Shown here: positions 47,879 through 57,615 of the stretch, piece by piece
How positions within the stretch are numbered: the first letter of the stretch is position 1
How the letters are laid out: each line of letters begins with the position of its first letter
Assembly: GCA_964443135.1 (NCBI GenBank)
Contig: CAYUBQ010000017.1
Location: 726-64,725, forward strand
Direction: 5' to 3'
From: an uncultured Desulfobacterales bacterium
GTDB taxonomy: Bacteria; Desulfobacterota; DSM-4660; Desulfatiglandales; HGW-15
Length of the DNA stretch: 64,000 nt
The notes under the pieces: generated by a model
Told to the model about the DNA's origin: nothing
Database searches by the model: none
What the model saw: the letters and a program-made list of their open reading frames with translations, nothing else
Program-made: the position numbers and the translations under genes

Positions 47879-48580
47879 TCACCGCCTCGAGTTTTTGAGC
47901 AGCCGTTTCTTGCATAGCTCGAATTCGTCTTCCGAGAGAAATCCCTTTTGTCTCAATGACGCGATCCGCTCGAGGTCGGAGGTGAGGGCCTCGCCGCCCC
48001 CGAAGCCGCTCTCGACATAGGAGTGGGGCAGCAGGCTGCCGGCGATCAGGGGGCCGTTCCGGGAGGGGTCCGCAGCCGTCCCGTTCGACTCGTCCGGGAC
48101 TCCGGGCTCGGCGCCCATGATCTTCTTGACGATGCGGATCTGCTCGTAGGCCTCCTGCAGCTCGCCCAGGAGCCGCTGGTTCTCCCGGAGGAGCCGGATC
48201 TGCTCGCCCGCGTTCCGGACGACGATCTTCATCTCCTCCATCTTGAACGGCTTGGTGATGTAGTCGTACGCGCCCTCGCGAATGGCCTGGATGGCGGTCT
48301 CCAGGGAGGCGAAGCCCGTGATGAGCACCACGAGCGTCTCGGGGTGGGCCTGCCGGCAGGCCTTGAGCACGTCGATGCCGCTCGCCCCGGGCATCATCAG
48401 GTCGGTGATGACCATGTCGAAGGCGGTCTCCCCGCACCGGGATATCGCCTCCAGCCCGTCCGCGCAGACGGTCGCCGCGTGCCCCTCCTCGGCCAGCAGG
48501 CTCTTGAGGACGGACCGCATCCGCTTGTCGTCGTCGACGACGAGGATCTGCAGCCCGGTTTCTTGACCCTGCTCGGCCAT
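47879..48580 (-). CDS. Response regulator with C-terminal SHOCT-like motif
   Basis: ILVVDDDKRMR, VITDLMMPGASG, YITKPF. C-terminus LERIASLRQKGFLSEDEFELCKKRLL. Confidence 0.8.
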   Translation of the reverse strand: MAEQGQETGLQILVVDDDKRMRSVLKSLLAEEGHAATVCADGLEAISRCGETAFDMVITDLMMPGASGIDVLKACRQAHPETLVVLITGFASLETAIQAIREGAYDYITKPFKMEEMKIVVRNAGEQIRLLRENQRLLGELQEAYEQIRIVKKIMGAEPGVPDESNGTAADPSRNGPLIAGSLLPHSYVESGFGGGEALTSDLERIASLRQKGFLSEDEFELCKKRLLKNSRR

Positions 48581-48597
48581 GGACCCCCCGGCGTGCG

Positions 48598-48993
48598 TCA
48601 CACGCTTTTGCGGAAGAGCACGCCGGCCATCTCTTCCATTTTCACGGCGAGGTCCAGCATCTCCTCGGGCGGGATCTCACGGATGACCTCGCCGGTTTCC
48701 TGGGAGACCACCTTGATCAGGATGCGTCCGGTCCCCTCGTGGATCTTGATCTCCAGATCGTGCTGGGTGGATCGAACGTAGTTGTCCATGGCCTCGGCCA
48801 CCCGCTTCATCATGCCCTCGGTGGACTGGGCCTTGGCCTGAAGTTTTTCGGCCTTCTCCAAGGATCCCATGGAGTCCGTTCGAGGGACGGACTCCACGGC
48901 CGCGCCCTTTCGTCCGGACGAGGCCTTGGCCGAGCCCGCCTCCGAGGTTGGGCTTTGCACGTGTTGAATTTGGATCGAGTTCAAGGCTTCCAT
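48598..48993 (-). CDS. flaG: Flagellar protein FlaG
   Basis: DLEIKIHEGTGRILIKVVSQETGEVIREIPPEEMLDL is typical of FlaG. Confidence 0.85.
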   Translation of the reverse strand: MEALNSIQIQHVQSPTSEAGSAKASSGRKGAAVESVPRTDSMGSLEKAEKLQAKAQSTEGMMKRVAEAMDNYVRSTQHDLEIKIHEGTGRILIKVVSQETGEVIREIPPEEMLDLAVKMEEMAGVLFRKSV

Positions 48994-49075
48994 GCCTGTT
49001 TACCTCCTTTTTGTAGTTTTTTCGCATCCTTGCGAAATGGCGGAAAGGGGTGCAGCGGACTTACCTTCATCCCTT

Positions 49076-49103
49076 GAATCGGCAGACAAACGGAAGAACT
49101 TGA
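49076..49103 (-). promoter_or_regulatory. Sigma-28 (FliA)-type promoter for flaG
   Basis: Minus-strand reading TCAAGTTC-N12-GCCGATTC, ~80 nt upstream of the flaG ATG. Confidence 0.55.
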
Positions 49104-49254
49104 ATCGAACGCGGGTTTTCCCGGAAAAAGGTGTGATCGCCTCAATCGCGTCCGGGGCCGATCCAGGCGCAGTCGTGCCGGATGCGGGCCGCAGCGGCGG
49201 GCTCTCGGCCCGTGAGGCCGACAGGCTGGGAATCGAACGCGACCGGAACCGGGG

Positions 49255-49575
49255 TCACCGCCGGGAACCGTAGACCCGGTGAACCTTCCGCCGGGTGTTG
49301 AGGGTGTGAAGCTCCTCGGCCAGTTCGTTCCGGTTTTGTTCGAGGCGGCCACGGGTCTCCCGGATCCGATCCACGACCTCCTTCAAGCGACCCTGCGCCT
49401 GGGGGTCGATTCGTGGTGGAAGGGTTTCCGCGCCCAGGGCCGTGGAGATCCGGCGGTTCTCCGCGGACAGGTCGTCCAGGGCGTCCAGGTTTCCCGCTTC
49501 GAGCGCCGCGCAGACCCTCTCGTTCACGTCGAGAAGCTCGTGAATCAGGCTTTCGTACCGCTCAGACAGCGGCAT
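49255..49575 (-). CDS. Small helical protein, possible FliT/FlgN-like flagellar chaperone
   Basis: It sits downstream of fliS and overlaps it. 106 aa and coiled-coil-like. The family assignment is positional only. Confidence 0.4.
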   Translation of the reverse strand: MPLSERYESLIHELLDVNERVCAALEAGNLDALDDLSAENRRISTALGAETLPPRIDPQAQGRLKEVVDRIRETRGRLEQNRNELAEELHTLNTRRKVHRVYGSRR

Positions 49576-50026
49576 GGAAACCTCCTTCGGCCGCGGCCCG
49601 CGGCTCGGCCGGTTCCAGTCCCGCTTTCTCCGCACCCGAAGCAACCCTGCGCACCTGCTCCGCGGCCCCCTGGAAGGCCTCCTGGAGGTCCTTGAGCAAG
49701 GGCGGCACCGTGTCCAGGACGGCCGTGTCGTTCTTGACGCTGGCCGTGGTGAGCTGCCGGATCATGTACCCGTAAAGATCGGAGAGCTGGTCCACCAGGG
49801 GGAGCTCCCGGGTCCGGTCCAGGCCGCAGTCCAGCTCCGTGAGGATGGCAATGGCCTTGGAGACGTGCTCCCCGCGCGTCTTGGGATCGCCCCTTTCGAT
49901 CCCCTCGCGGGCTTCTTCCACGTGCCGGACCACGGCGTCGAGCAGCAGGAGCAGGATGTCCTCCTTCTGCTCGGTGGACTGCATCTGGACGCGATTGTAG
50001 GCGGTTGCGTAAGTTCCCAAGGGCAT
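49562..50026 (-). CDS. fliS: Flagellin-specific chaperone FliS
   Basis: AYNRVQMQSTEQKEDILLLLLDAVVRHV and KAIAILTELDCGLD. Confidence 0.9.
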   Translation of the reverse strand: MPLGTYATAYNRVQMQSTEQKEDILLLLLDAVVRHVEEAREGIERGDPKTRGEHVSKAIAILTELDCGLDRTRELPLVDQLSDLYGYMIRQLTTASVKNDTAVLDTVPPLLKDLQEAFQGAAEQVRRVASGAEKAGLEPAEPRAAAEGGFHAAV

Positions 50027-50038
50027 ACGGGTTTTCTC

Positions 50039-51457
50039 CTATTTGCTCGAGATGGAATTGTTCAAGTTCTCCAGCGAGCTGAGCTGCTGCGTGAGCATGC
50101 TCTCCGTGGTCTGATACTCGGCAAGCAGCACCTCCAGCGACTCGAACTGGTTTCTGAGGTTCTCCTCCCGCTGGACAAAGCGGGCCTCCTTGCTCTCGAT
50201 CTGGTCCTCGATGTCGTCCACCGAGCTCTGAAGGCCGTCTGTTTTGGTTTCGATGATCCCGCCGGTCTTGACGTATCCATCCACGGTCTCGTGGAGCTGA
50301 ACGGCAAGGCCCTGTTTCCCCTCCTCGTCCTGGCTGAAAAAGGCCAGCACGTCGTCCCGGTGCTCGTCCAGGGCCTGGGTGAGGACGTCCTGGTCCACGC
50401 TCAGATGCCCGTCCTGGTCCACGGTGATCCCCAGCCGGCTGAGCCCGTTCACCTCGCCGGCGACCCCGTCCACCTGCTCCGAGAGCAAGCGTCTGAGACT
50501 GGACCGCAGCATGGTCGTGGTCCGATCCCCCAGGAGAAGGCCGGCCTCCTCGCTTTCCGAGTCGTAGGACTGGAGGCCCTTGAAGGTGTCCACGACGGCG
50601 TTGTAGGTCGTCACAAATCCCTGGATCCTTTTCACGGCGCTGTTCGCGTTCTCGGCCACGTCCACGGTGACCGGGCTCCCGGGGGCGGCCTCGTTCAGGG
50701 TGAAGCTCAGGCCCTCCACCACGTCCTCCACCGTGTTGGAGGCCCGCTCCACGGGCATGCCGTTCACGGTCAGCTGGGCGTTCCGGGCCTCCTGGGTCTC
50801 GGTGAGGGCTTGCGTGGCCGGGTCCGTGTACAGGCTCGAGAGCCCGCTGGCATCGTCGTTCACCCCGTCGTCGTCGGCCATGGTGAGCGTGATCGTGTTG
50901 TCCGAGCCGGTCTCCCGGCTGAAAAGGGTGAGGTAGGCGTTCCCGGCGCCGTCGTCCATCACCTGAGCCGTGACCCCGGCATCGGCGTCGTTGATGGCTT
51001 GGGCAATGCCGGAGAGGGTGTCGCTGTCCGCGTCGATCGCGATGTCCGTGCTGGCGTCGCCCACCTCCAGGGTGAGCGTGCCGGTCCCCACGGCGGCGTC
51101 CCCGCTACCGAAGGCGGCGCTTCGGACCTGCTGGGCCTGGGCGAGCTGGGTCACCTCGACCCGGTAGGTCCCGGCCGCGGGCTCTCCGGAGACAGCCGCG
51201 GACAGGGCGTCCTCGTTGCTGGAGGTCACGCCGTAGGACAGGAGGTTGCCCTCCTCCTTGAGGGCCCCTGCCGCCCCCTGGAGCTCGGACAGGGCCGACT
51301 TCAGGGTCCCGAACGCGGAGATCTCCGCGAGGTGGTCCGCTTCCCGCTGTTGCAGGAGCCGGACCGGGCGCTTCTCCAAATCCATGAGCTGGCTGATGAG
51401 GGACTCCGTGTCCATGCCGGACATCAGGCCCCCTGTGGTGATCGACCCGACAGCCAT
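50039..51457 (-). CDS. fliD: Flagellar filament cap protein FliD
   Basis: N-terminus GLMSGMDTESLISQLMDLEKRPV and the C-terminal heptad region RFVQREENLRNQFESLE. Confidence 0.9.
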   Translation of the reverse strand: MAVGSITTGGLMSGMDTESLISQLMDLEKRPVRLLQQREADHLAEISAFGTLKSALSELQGAAGALKEEGNLLSYGVTSSNEDALSAAVSGEPAAGTYRVEVTQLAQAQQVRSAAFGSGDAAVGTGTLTLEVGDASTDIAIDADSDTLSGIAQAINDADAGVTAQVMDDGAGNAYLTLFSRETGSDNTITLTMADDDGVNDDASGLSSLYTDPATQALTETQEARNAQLTVNGMPVERASNTVEDVVEGLSFTLNEAAPGSPVTVDVAENANSAVKRIQGFVTTYNAVVDTFKGLQSYDSESEEAGLLLGDRTTTMLRSSLRRLLSEQVDGVAGEVNGLSRLGITVDQDGHLSVDQDVLTQALDEHRDDVLAFFSQDEEGKQGLAVQLHETVDGYVKTGGIIETKTDGLQSSVDDIEDQIESKEARFVQREENLRNQFESLEVLLAEYQTTESMLTQQLSSLENLNNSISSK

Positions 51458-51539
51458 GACGTAACCTCACGCAAAGGAAGTGGTCTTGAAGCCGTCCCGG
51501 GCGGGGACGGCAAACGGTCCTCGAGGCGGTGTTGAGAAT

Positions 51540-51573
51540 CCGGGGACCCCGCCGAACTCAGCAGGGTCCCCGG
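51540..51573 (-). terminator. Hairpin downstream of the flagellin gene
   Basis: CCGGGGACCC (51540-51549) pairs with GGGTCCCCGG (51564-51573). No strong T-run follows, so its function as a terminator is uncertain. Confidence 0.35.
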
Positions 51574-51590
51574 GGCAAAGGGTGATCGAA

Positions 51591-53852
51591 TCAGCCCTGG
51601 AGCAGGGTGAGCGCCGCCTGCGGCAGGGTGTTGGCCTGGGCCAGCATGGCGGTTCCGGCCTGCTGCAGGATCTGGGCCTTGGTCATGGATGCGACCTCCG
51701 CGGCGTAGTCCGCATCCAGGATGCGGGATCGCGCTGCAGAGATGTTCTCCGCGACGTTGCCCAGGTTGGCGATGGTGGACTCGAACCGGTTCTGGACCGC
51801 ACCCAGGTCGCCTCGAATGGAGTCGATCTGGCCGATCGCGCCGTCAATGACATCAATGGCATCGTTGGCGCCTTCCTGGCTGCTGATGTCGATCTGGTTC
51901 ACGCTGGAGAGCTCCGAAGCGTTCGCAGCGCCGGCATCCGCGTTGAACAGGGAGGAACCGGCGGAGGCGTCCCCATCCACGCTAGAGGTGATGTTGAAGG
52001 TGTCCTGGGAGTCGAACTTGACCTCGCCCCCCACCACCGTGGAGTCGGCACCGTTTCGGTCCCCGCCGTCGTAGAGCTTGACCGTGGTCGTGGCCGTGTC
52101 GTTGTCCGCGCCCACGTCCCCGCCGGTCACGCTGATGGAGACCTCGTTCTCGGGCACAATCGTGGATCCGTCACCAGATACTTTGTTTGTAGATGACACA
52201 TCGGTTTGATAATCGACTGCAGCGCTGTGCTGGAAGCCGGAGATCTTGATGTCTGCCCCTTCACTGTGCTCCAGCACGATCTCCGAGGTGCTGCTGCCGA
52301 TCTTGGCCGTGATGCCCGTGTTGCCGGAGAGATCGTTGATGGCGTCCACCAAGGCGCCCAAATCATTGCTCGTCACCGTGGCTTCCACCGACACCGCCTC
52401 GGCGTTGTCGCCCCGCAGGCCGAAACTGACCGTCCCGTCCTCACTCAGGCCGGAGAGGGTCACTTCGGTGGAGGCCGTGGCGCTGACGCCCGTGGAACCT
52501 TCCACTGCGTTCACCGCCTTAGCGATGCTTTCGGCTGAATCTCCCGCCGCGACCTCCACGGTTTCGGTGCCCATGGAGCCGACGATGGTCAAATCCTGCT
52601 TTTCCACGCCGTTGTTGGTTGCAGCGGTTTGTCCAACAACAGACGTGATGCTAGTATCACTTTCATTCTGAAAAATTGTATCGTTGGCATCATCAATAGT
52701 GTATCCTTCTTGTAGATACACTTCGACGCGTCCACCGAAAGTTAACTGGCTTTCATTACCATCATCCAAAAGTTCAGAGTCTCCTTTAAGTCCAGTAATT
52801 GTGAAGCCATCATCTTCAGTACCTGCTGTTGATACCTCAAAATACAGATCTCGTCCATCCAAAGCGTGTACATCAACAGTGCCACTATCATTCACAGTAG
52901 CATATATTCCTGCATCAGCTAGAGTGTCATTGTTATTGATATTTTCAGCAACCTTGCTCAATGTAAAATCAGAACCATCAGCGGTTTCATCAAAAACATT
53001 TTGTCCTTCAAGTTGAATTATAGTATCTGAAGTAGTATCATCAAGTTTAAGGTTGCTTAATGTGACTTTATTATAGGCAGTTGCTGACTCTACACCACTG
53101 GTGCCGGTCAGGGCGGTAGCGATATCTGATGCCTGATCGCTTCCATCGACAGCCACATCATTCGAATCAGTTACACCAGCCTTAGTAGTGCCGCTAATAG
53201 TCAATGTGGTTGCTGTATAACCGTTATCATCAGCTGCTGCAGAAACCTGTCCAACCTCGGTACCTTGATTTCCACTTCCAAGAAACGTCCGGCTAGTCGC
53301 CGCCTCGATGCCGTTGTCATTGTCCGTACGCACCGTGTTGGTCCCCAGGGCCGTGGACTGGGCATCGTCGATGGAAACGCCAATGGTCTCGTTCGCATTG
53401 GCGCCGACCTGGAACAGGGCGTTGCTCAGGCTGCCGTCCAGAATCTTCTGGCCGTTGAAGGTCGTGCTGGTGGCGATGCGCTGGATCTCCTGCTTGAGCA
53501 GATTGACCTCGGCCTGCAGGGAGGCCCGGTCGGAGGCGCTGTTCGTGTCGTTGGCCGACTGGACGGACAGCTCGCGCATGCGCTGGAGCAGGTTCGTGGT
53601 CTCCTGCAAAGCGCCTTCCGCGGTCTGGGCCATGGAGATGCCGTCGTTGGCGTTCCGCGATGCCTGGTTCAGGCCGCGGATCTGGGCGGTCATCCGGTCG
53701 GAGATGGCCAGGCCGGCCGCGTCGTCCTTGGCGCTGTTGACCCGCAGGCCCGATGAAAGCCTCTGAAGAGAGGTGTTCAGGGTCCCCTGGGACTTGGTAA
53801 GGTTTCTCTGGGCGTTCAGTGCCGCGATGTTCGTGTTGATTGAAATAGCCAT
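51591..53852 (-). CDS. fliC: Flagellin (753 aa) with large central variable region
   Basis: N-terminus [43 protein letters not shown]-terminus [34 protein letters not shown]. Confidence 0.95.
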   Translation of the reverse strand: MAISINTNIAALNAQRNLTKSQGTLNTSLQRLSSGLRVNSAKDDAAGLAISDRMTAQIRGLNQASRNANDGISMAQTAEGALQETTNLLQRMRELSVQSANDTNSASDRASLQAEVNLLKQEIQRIATSTTFNGQKILDGSLSNALFQVGANANETIGVSIDDAQSTALGTNTVRTDNDNGIEAATSRTFLGSGNQGTEVGQVSAAADDNGYTATTLTISGTTKAGVTDSNDVAVDGSDQASDIATALTGTSGVESATAYNKVTLSNLKLDDTTSDTIIQLEGQNVFDETADGSDFTLSKVAENINNNDTLADAGIYATVNDSGTVDVHALDGRDLYFEVSTAGTEDDGFTITGLKGDSELLDDGNESQLTFGGRVEVYLQEGYTIDDANDTIFQNESDTSITSVVGQTAATNNGVEKQDLTIVGSMGTETVEVAAGDSAESIAKAVNAVEGSTGVSATASTEVTLSGLSEDGTVSFGLRGDNAEAVSVEATVTSNDLGALVDAINDLSGNTGITAKIGSSTSEIVLEHSEGADIKISGFQHSAAVDYQTDVSSTNKVSGDGSTIVPENEVSISVTGGDVGADNDTATTTVKLYDGGDRNGADSTVVGGEVKFDSQDTFNITSSVDGDASAGSSLFNADAGAANASELSSVNQIDISSQEGANDAIDVIDGAIGQIDSIRGDLGAVQNRFESTIANLGNVAENISAARSRILDADYAAEVASMTKAQILQQAGTAMLAQANTLPQAALTLLQG

Positions 53853-53979
53853 GGTTGTATCCTCCTTGATGTTGTTCTCTAGGCGTCAATGCCCGGATTC
53901 GATGTCGTTTCTTCCGATCTGGACCTGTCGTTCGTTTCCCTCCTTTCCCGGCCCGGCTTTTCCAGCATGGTTACCCCTC

Positions 53980-54006
53980 TCATCGGCATGGGGGCGGGGA
54001 ACTTGA
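53980..54006 (-). promoter_or_regulatory. Sigma-28 (FliA)-type promoter for flagellin
   Basis: Minus-strand reading TCAAGTTC-N11-GCCGATGA, against the E. coli-type consensus TAAAGTTT-N11-GCCGATAA. ~128 nt upstream of the ATG. Confidence 0.65.
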
Positions 54007-54087
54007 AGGGAAAAGCGGAGGGGAAATGGAAACGGGCAAGGAAACCCGGGAGCGCCGGCCGGGAGAACAGGCCGTCCTGTCGCCTGT

Positions 54088-55449
54088 TCAGAGCCGGGCA
54101 AGGAGCGCCGCGTGGGCAAGGTCCTGCATGCCCTGCTCGGACAGGGTCTGCTCCAGGTCGGGCAGGAAGCGTTTGTTGTGCTCGATGCCGCGGGCCAAAC
54201 GGAACACGGAGTCGACCAGGGCCCGGGTCACCAGCTCCTCCGGATCCTCCTGGTCCTTACCCCCTTCGCCCCCTGCGCTCTCGCCTGACGACAGGATGGG
54301 ACTCACCAGGGGGTGGCTCACGAACAGAAACTTGACCAGAGCGGTTTGCAGGATCAATCGGTGGACGTAGTTCAAGAGGTTCGGGAAGTCCATGTACACC
54401 TTGGTAAACACGAACTGCCTGGCGTAGTTCCCCATGCACCCGTCGATTTGCGGCTGGAAGCGGTCGAACAGGTGGTCGCGACGGGTGCGGTACCCGGCCA
54501 CGATGTTGTCGCAGGCCAGGGTGACCGCGTCTTCGCCCTGCTGGGTGGACAGGAAGGCGCGCTCCGCGCTCTCGCCGGTGTACGCGGACCAAGCCGGGAA
54601 GAGAAGGGCGCGGAGCTCCGGGACAGACCTGCGAAACGCGCTCAGGAACAGGGCCTGCACCACGGTCATGGGGAGGGCCAGGGGCACCTCCATCCCTTGG
54701 ATGGACTCGGCCCAGGCCGTCTCGTAGACGCGGTCCGCGGCCTTGTCCACCTCCAGGGCCAATCGGTCCTCGCTGAAGTCTTTCGTTCCCTTGAAAAAGA
54801 AGGGGGCCGTGTTCCCGGCAAACGAGGCCAGGCTGAACAGGCGGGCCTCCAGGGGAAACCGGTCCCTGGCCAGGATGGTGAGGAGGATGTCCCGGATGGT
54901 GTCCGCATAGGTGTAGTAGGGGTCCGAGGCCTCCTGAAGCTCTCTTTTGAACCGGTGCCCCACGTACCCGGCGTTTTCGTAAAGGGAGGGGTCGAGGGCG
55001 ACCAGGGTGGCGCCTTCCGGGTCCAGGAGGCAGCGCCGGGCCGCCTCGGGGCAGGACAGGGTGCCGCTCACTTCCAAACGGCGGCCGTGCCAGGCCAGGA
55101 GCCGGGGGTAGGTGCGGCAGACCTGGCTGAGCATGGACTCCCCGAACCGGCGCTGGATTTCGCACAGGCCACCGGGCTCCAGAAAGGGGCAGTGGCCGTT
55201 CTCGAGAACCATCTGGGCAAAAGAATAATCGGACCGCTCTTCGGTGCGGTTGCGGCGGAGGGCGTGGCGAAAGCGCTCCCGGTCCGCGCGGGAGTGGCTC
55301 ATGGCCTCCTTGAGCCGGGTATAGTGTTTCTTGTCCATAGCAATGGTCCAGTTGGCGCAGCAGTTCGCCTCGCACCGGTCCCCGATGCAGGAGAACCCGG
55401 TCATGTACTTGAGGGCGATTCCCTGCCGCTCGAGCGGGCCTTGATCCAT
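54088..55449 (-). CDS. fliB: Flagellin lysine-N-methylase-like protein
   Basis: FSCIGDRCEANCCANWTIAMDK, GHCPFLEPGGLCEIQRRFGESMLSQVCRTYPR and LSCPEAARRCLLDPEGA parallel Salmonella FliB motifs as I recall them. Start at MDQGPL (55449). Confidence 0.75.
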   Translation of the reverse strand: MDQGPLERQGIALKYMTGFSCIGDRCEANCCANWTIAMDKKHYTRLKEAMSHSRADRERFRHALRRNRTEERSDYSFAQMVLENGHCPFLEPGGLCEIQRRFGESMLSQVCRTYPRLLAWHGRRLEVSGTLSCPEAARRCLLDPEGATLVALDPSLYENAGYVGHRFKRELQEASDPYYTYADTIRDILLTILARDRFPLEARLFSLASFAGNTAPFFFKGTKDFSEDRLALEVDKAADRVYETAWAESIQGMEVPLALPMTVVQALFLSAFRRSVPELRALLFPAWSAYTGESAERAFLSTQQGEDAVTLACDNIVAGYRTRRDHLFDRFQPQIDGCMGNYARQFVFTKVYMDFPNLLNYVHRLILQTALVKFLFVSHPLVSPILSSGESAGGEGGKDQEDPEELVTRALVDSVFRLARGIEHNKRFLPDLEQTLSEQGMQDLAHAALLARL

Positions 55450-55611
55450 GGTGAACTCCTTTGGGTGCACGTTTCTCGAGGACAAAAGCGGTTCCGTTGC
55501 CGTTGAATACTCATGCAATTCATGTACCGGGAGGACCGTGAGGGTCCAGAGAACCCGGGGCCGGCCCGGCGCGGGGGCCTGTCCAGCTTGTCGGATTTTC
55601 AGCAGAGGTCC

Positions 55612-55639
55612 TCATGCTCTCGTCGGAAACGGCCGATGG
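55612..55639 (+). promoter_or_regulatory. Sigma-28-like promoter
   Basis: TCATGCTC-N12-GCCGATGG, ~96 nt upstream of the ATG at 55735. Confidence 0.4.
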
Positions 55640-55734
55640 AGGGAACAGGTTGCGGGTCTTGAACGGATGGGGCAAGACCGGACCCATCCGTCCAGGGAAG
55701 GGCGGAGGCAAGAGAAAACGGAGGTTCTGGACCC

Positions 55735-56745
55735 ATGAAGATCACGGATTCGCAGGTGGCGATGACGGCCGCCTGGAGCAAGACCGAAACGCTCGAGGAG
55801 AAGGAGTCGCTTCAGATCCTTGTGAGACCGCCCGCACGGCAGGGGGATCGCGTGGAGATCTCGCAGGAACCACGACTCGAGCCCGGGTACAAGCTCGGGA
55901 AGCGGACTCGAGGCTTTCATGGAGAGATGCGCCACACGCTCAAGGCCTTGATCGTGGAGATGCTCACGGGGCGCAGGGTCGAGACCGTGGACCCTTCCTC
56001 TCTGGAAGGGTGCCCGGGGGAGGGGGCCTCTGAAGCCCCTGCCGGGGAGGCCTCTCAGACGAAACCCCGGGAAGGATCCGGCTGGGGCCTGGTCTACGAG
56101 CAGTCCCGGACCTACACCGAGCAACAGGAGGTCGCCGTGGCCGGTGCGGGCTTGGTGCGGACGGCCGACGGCCGGGAGATCGCGTTTCAGGTGGAATTGA
56201 GCATGAGCCGGGAGTTCGTGGAGCATCACCGTCTGACGGTTCGGGCCGGGGATCCGGCCCTGACCGATCCGTTGGTGTTGAACTTCGGCGGGAAGGCGGC
56301 GGAGCTCTCGGACGTCCGGTTCGCCTTCGACCTGGACGGCGACGGGACCGATGACGACATGCCCGGCCTGGCCCCGGGGAGCGGGTACCTGGCCCTGGAC
56401 CGGGACGGGAACGGCGAGATCGACGACGGGAGCGAGCTTTTCGGGCCGGAGACGGGGAGCGGGTTTCAGGAGCTCGCCGCGCACGACGAGGACGGAAACG
56501 GCTGGATCGACGAGGGGGACGGGATCTTCGAGCGGCTCAGCCTGTGGGAGGTGGACGCGCAGGGCGAGCGGTTGAGCTCCCTCTCGGATCGGGGCGTGGG
56601 GGCGATCTTTCTGGGCAGCCTGGACGCGCCCTTTGACCTCAAGGACGAGGAAAACGCGTTGGAGGGCCGCATTGCCCGGCACGGGCTGTTCCTGGGGGAG
56701 GACGGCAGCGCGGGTTCGGTGCAGGAGCTGGACCTGAAGGTGTGA
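55735..56745 (+). CDS. Hypothetical protein with three EF-hand-like Asp/Gly loops
   Basis: DLDGDGTDDD, DRDGNGEIDDGSELFG, DEDGNGWIDEGD. N-terminus MKITDSQ. Confidence 0.6.
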   Translation: MKITDSQVAMTAAWSKTETLEEKESLQILVRPPARQGDRVEISQEPRLEPGYKLGKRTRGFHGEMRHTLKALIVEMLTGRRVETVDPSSLEGCPGEGASEAPAGEASQTKPREGSGWGLVYEQSRTYTEQQEVAVAGAGLVRTADGREIAFQVELSMSREFVEHHRLTVRAGDPALTDPLVLNFGGKAAELSDVRFAFDLDGDGTDDDMPGLAPGSGYLALDRDGNGEIDDGSELFGPETGSGFQELAAHDEDGNGWIDEGDGIFERLSLWEVDAQGERLSSLSDRGVGAIFLGSLDAPFDLKDEENALEGRIARHGLFLGEDGSAGSVQELDLKV

Positions 56746-56819
56746 GGGGGAGACGGCCTCAGGCGTGGACTTCCCCAAGGACCTGATCAATGGCCAATCA
56801 GCCTGAGGTTTGCCTGCCC

Positions 56820-56848
56820 TTGACAGAAAGGAATTCCGATTGTAAGAT
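56820..56848 (+). promoter_or_regulatory. Sigma-70-like promoter of the AbrB/PIN module
   Basis: TTGACA, 17-nt spacer, TAAGAT. Confidence 0.45.
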
Positions 56849-56881
56849 TTCCTTGTTTTCTGTTAAAAAGGAGGCCGCCTT

Positions 56882-57109
56882 ATGCTGACCAAGCTCACGA
56901 GTAAAAATCAAATCACGATCCCCAAAGCCATTCTGTCCAAGGTGCCGGAGACCACCCATTTTGATGTCACCCTTGAGGACGGGACCATCATCCTGAAACC
57001 GGTCCGCGTCTCGGAAGTTGATCTCGAGGGCGTTCGACAAAAGATGAAATCCTTGGGGCTTGATGAGGATTCCGTGTCCGAGGCCGTTCGATGGGCACGG
57101 GAACGTTAG
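56882..57109 (+). CDS. AbrB/SpoVT-fold antitoxin
   Basis: MLTKLTSKNQITIPKAILSKV. RBS AAAGGAGG. Confidence 0.8.
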   Translation: MLTKLTSKNQITIPKAILSKVPETTHFDVTLEDGTIILKPVRVSEVDLEGVRQKMKSLGLDEDSVSEAVRWARER

Positions 57110-57511
57110 ATGAAACGGGTCGTCCTCGACACCAATGTCGTGGTGAGCGGCCTCCTGTTCGGCGGACGTCCCGGAGAACCGGTCTCCCTGTGGAAAAAGG
57201 GTCACATGCTTCCCTTGTGCTCCAAGCCCATGGTGCAAGAGATCCTGCGGGTGCTTGCCTACCCCAAGTTTCAACTCTCCGAACGGGAAATCCAATCGCT
57301 TCTCTTTCAGGAGATTCTGCCCTGGTTCGAGACCGTTCCGTTTGAACCCGGCAAGGCGTATGTGCGGGATGCCCCTGCGGACGACAAGTTCATCTGGTGC
57401 GCGCTTTCGGGCCAAGCCGAGGCCATCGTCTCAGGAGACACCCACCTCCTCTCCCTTCCCAATCCACCTGTCCCCATCCTCACCGTACAGGCCTATCTGG
57501 ATGCTTTATGA
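57110..57511 (+). CDS. PIN-domain toxin
   Basis: RVVLDTNVVVSGLLF and DDKFIWCALSGQAEAIVSGDTHLL. Confidence 0.85.
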   Translation: MKRVVLDTNVVVSGLLFGGRPGEPVSLWKKGHMLPLCSKPMVQEILRVLAYPKFQLSEREIQSLLFQEILPWFETVPFEPGKAYVRDAPADDKFIWCALSGQAEAIVSGDTHLLSLPNPPVPILTVQAYLDAL

Positions 57512-57531
57512 GGCGTGTGAAATCGCTATTC

Positions 57532-57612
57532 GGAATCCTGCACCACGATGTGGAAGACCTCCGGGGCTTCGCCCGGGAGATCCTGGATCGTCTCCCCCAC
57601 ATCGCTTCTCGA
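57532..57612 (+). pseudogene. 3' remnant of a DUF86/HEPN toxin gene
   Basis: Near-identical to 63454-63534 (..ILHHDVEDLRGFAREILDRLPHIAS). The stop codon is mutated (TGA to CGA). Confidence 0.65.
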
Positions 57613-57615
57613 GCG

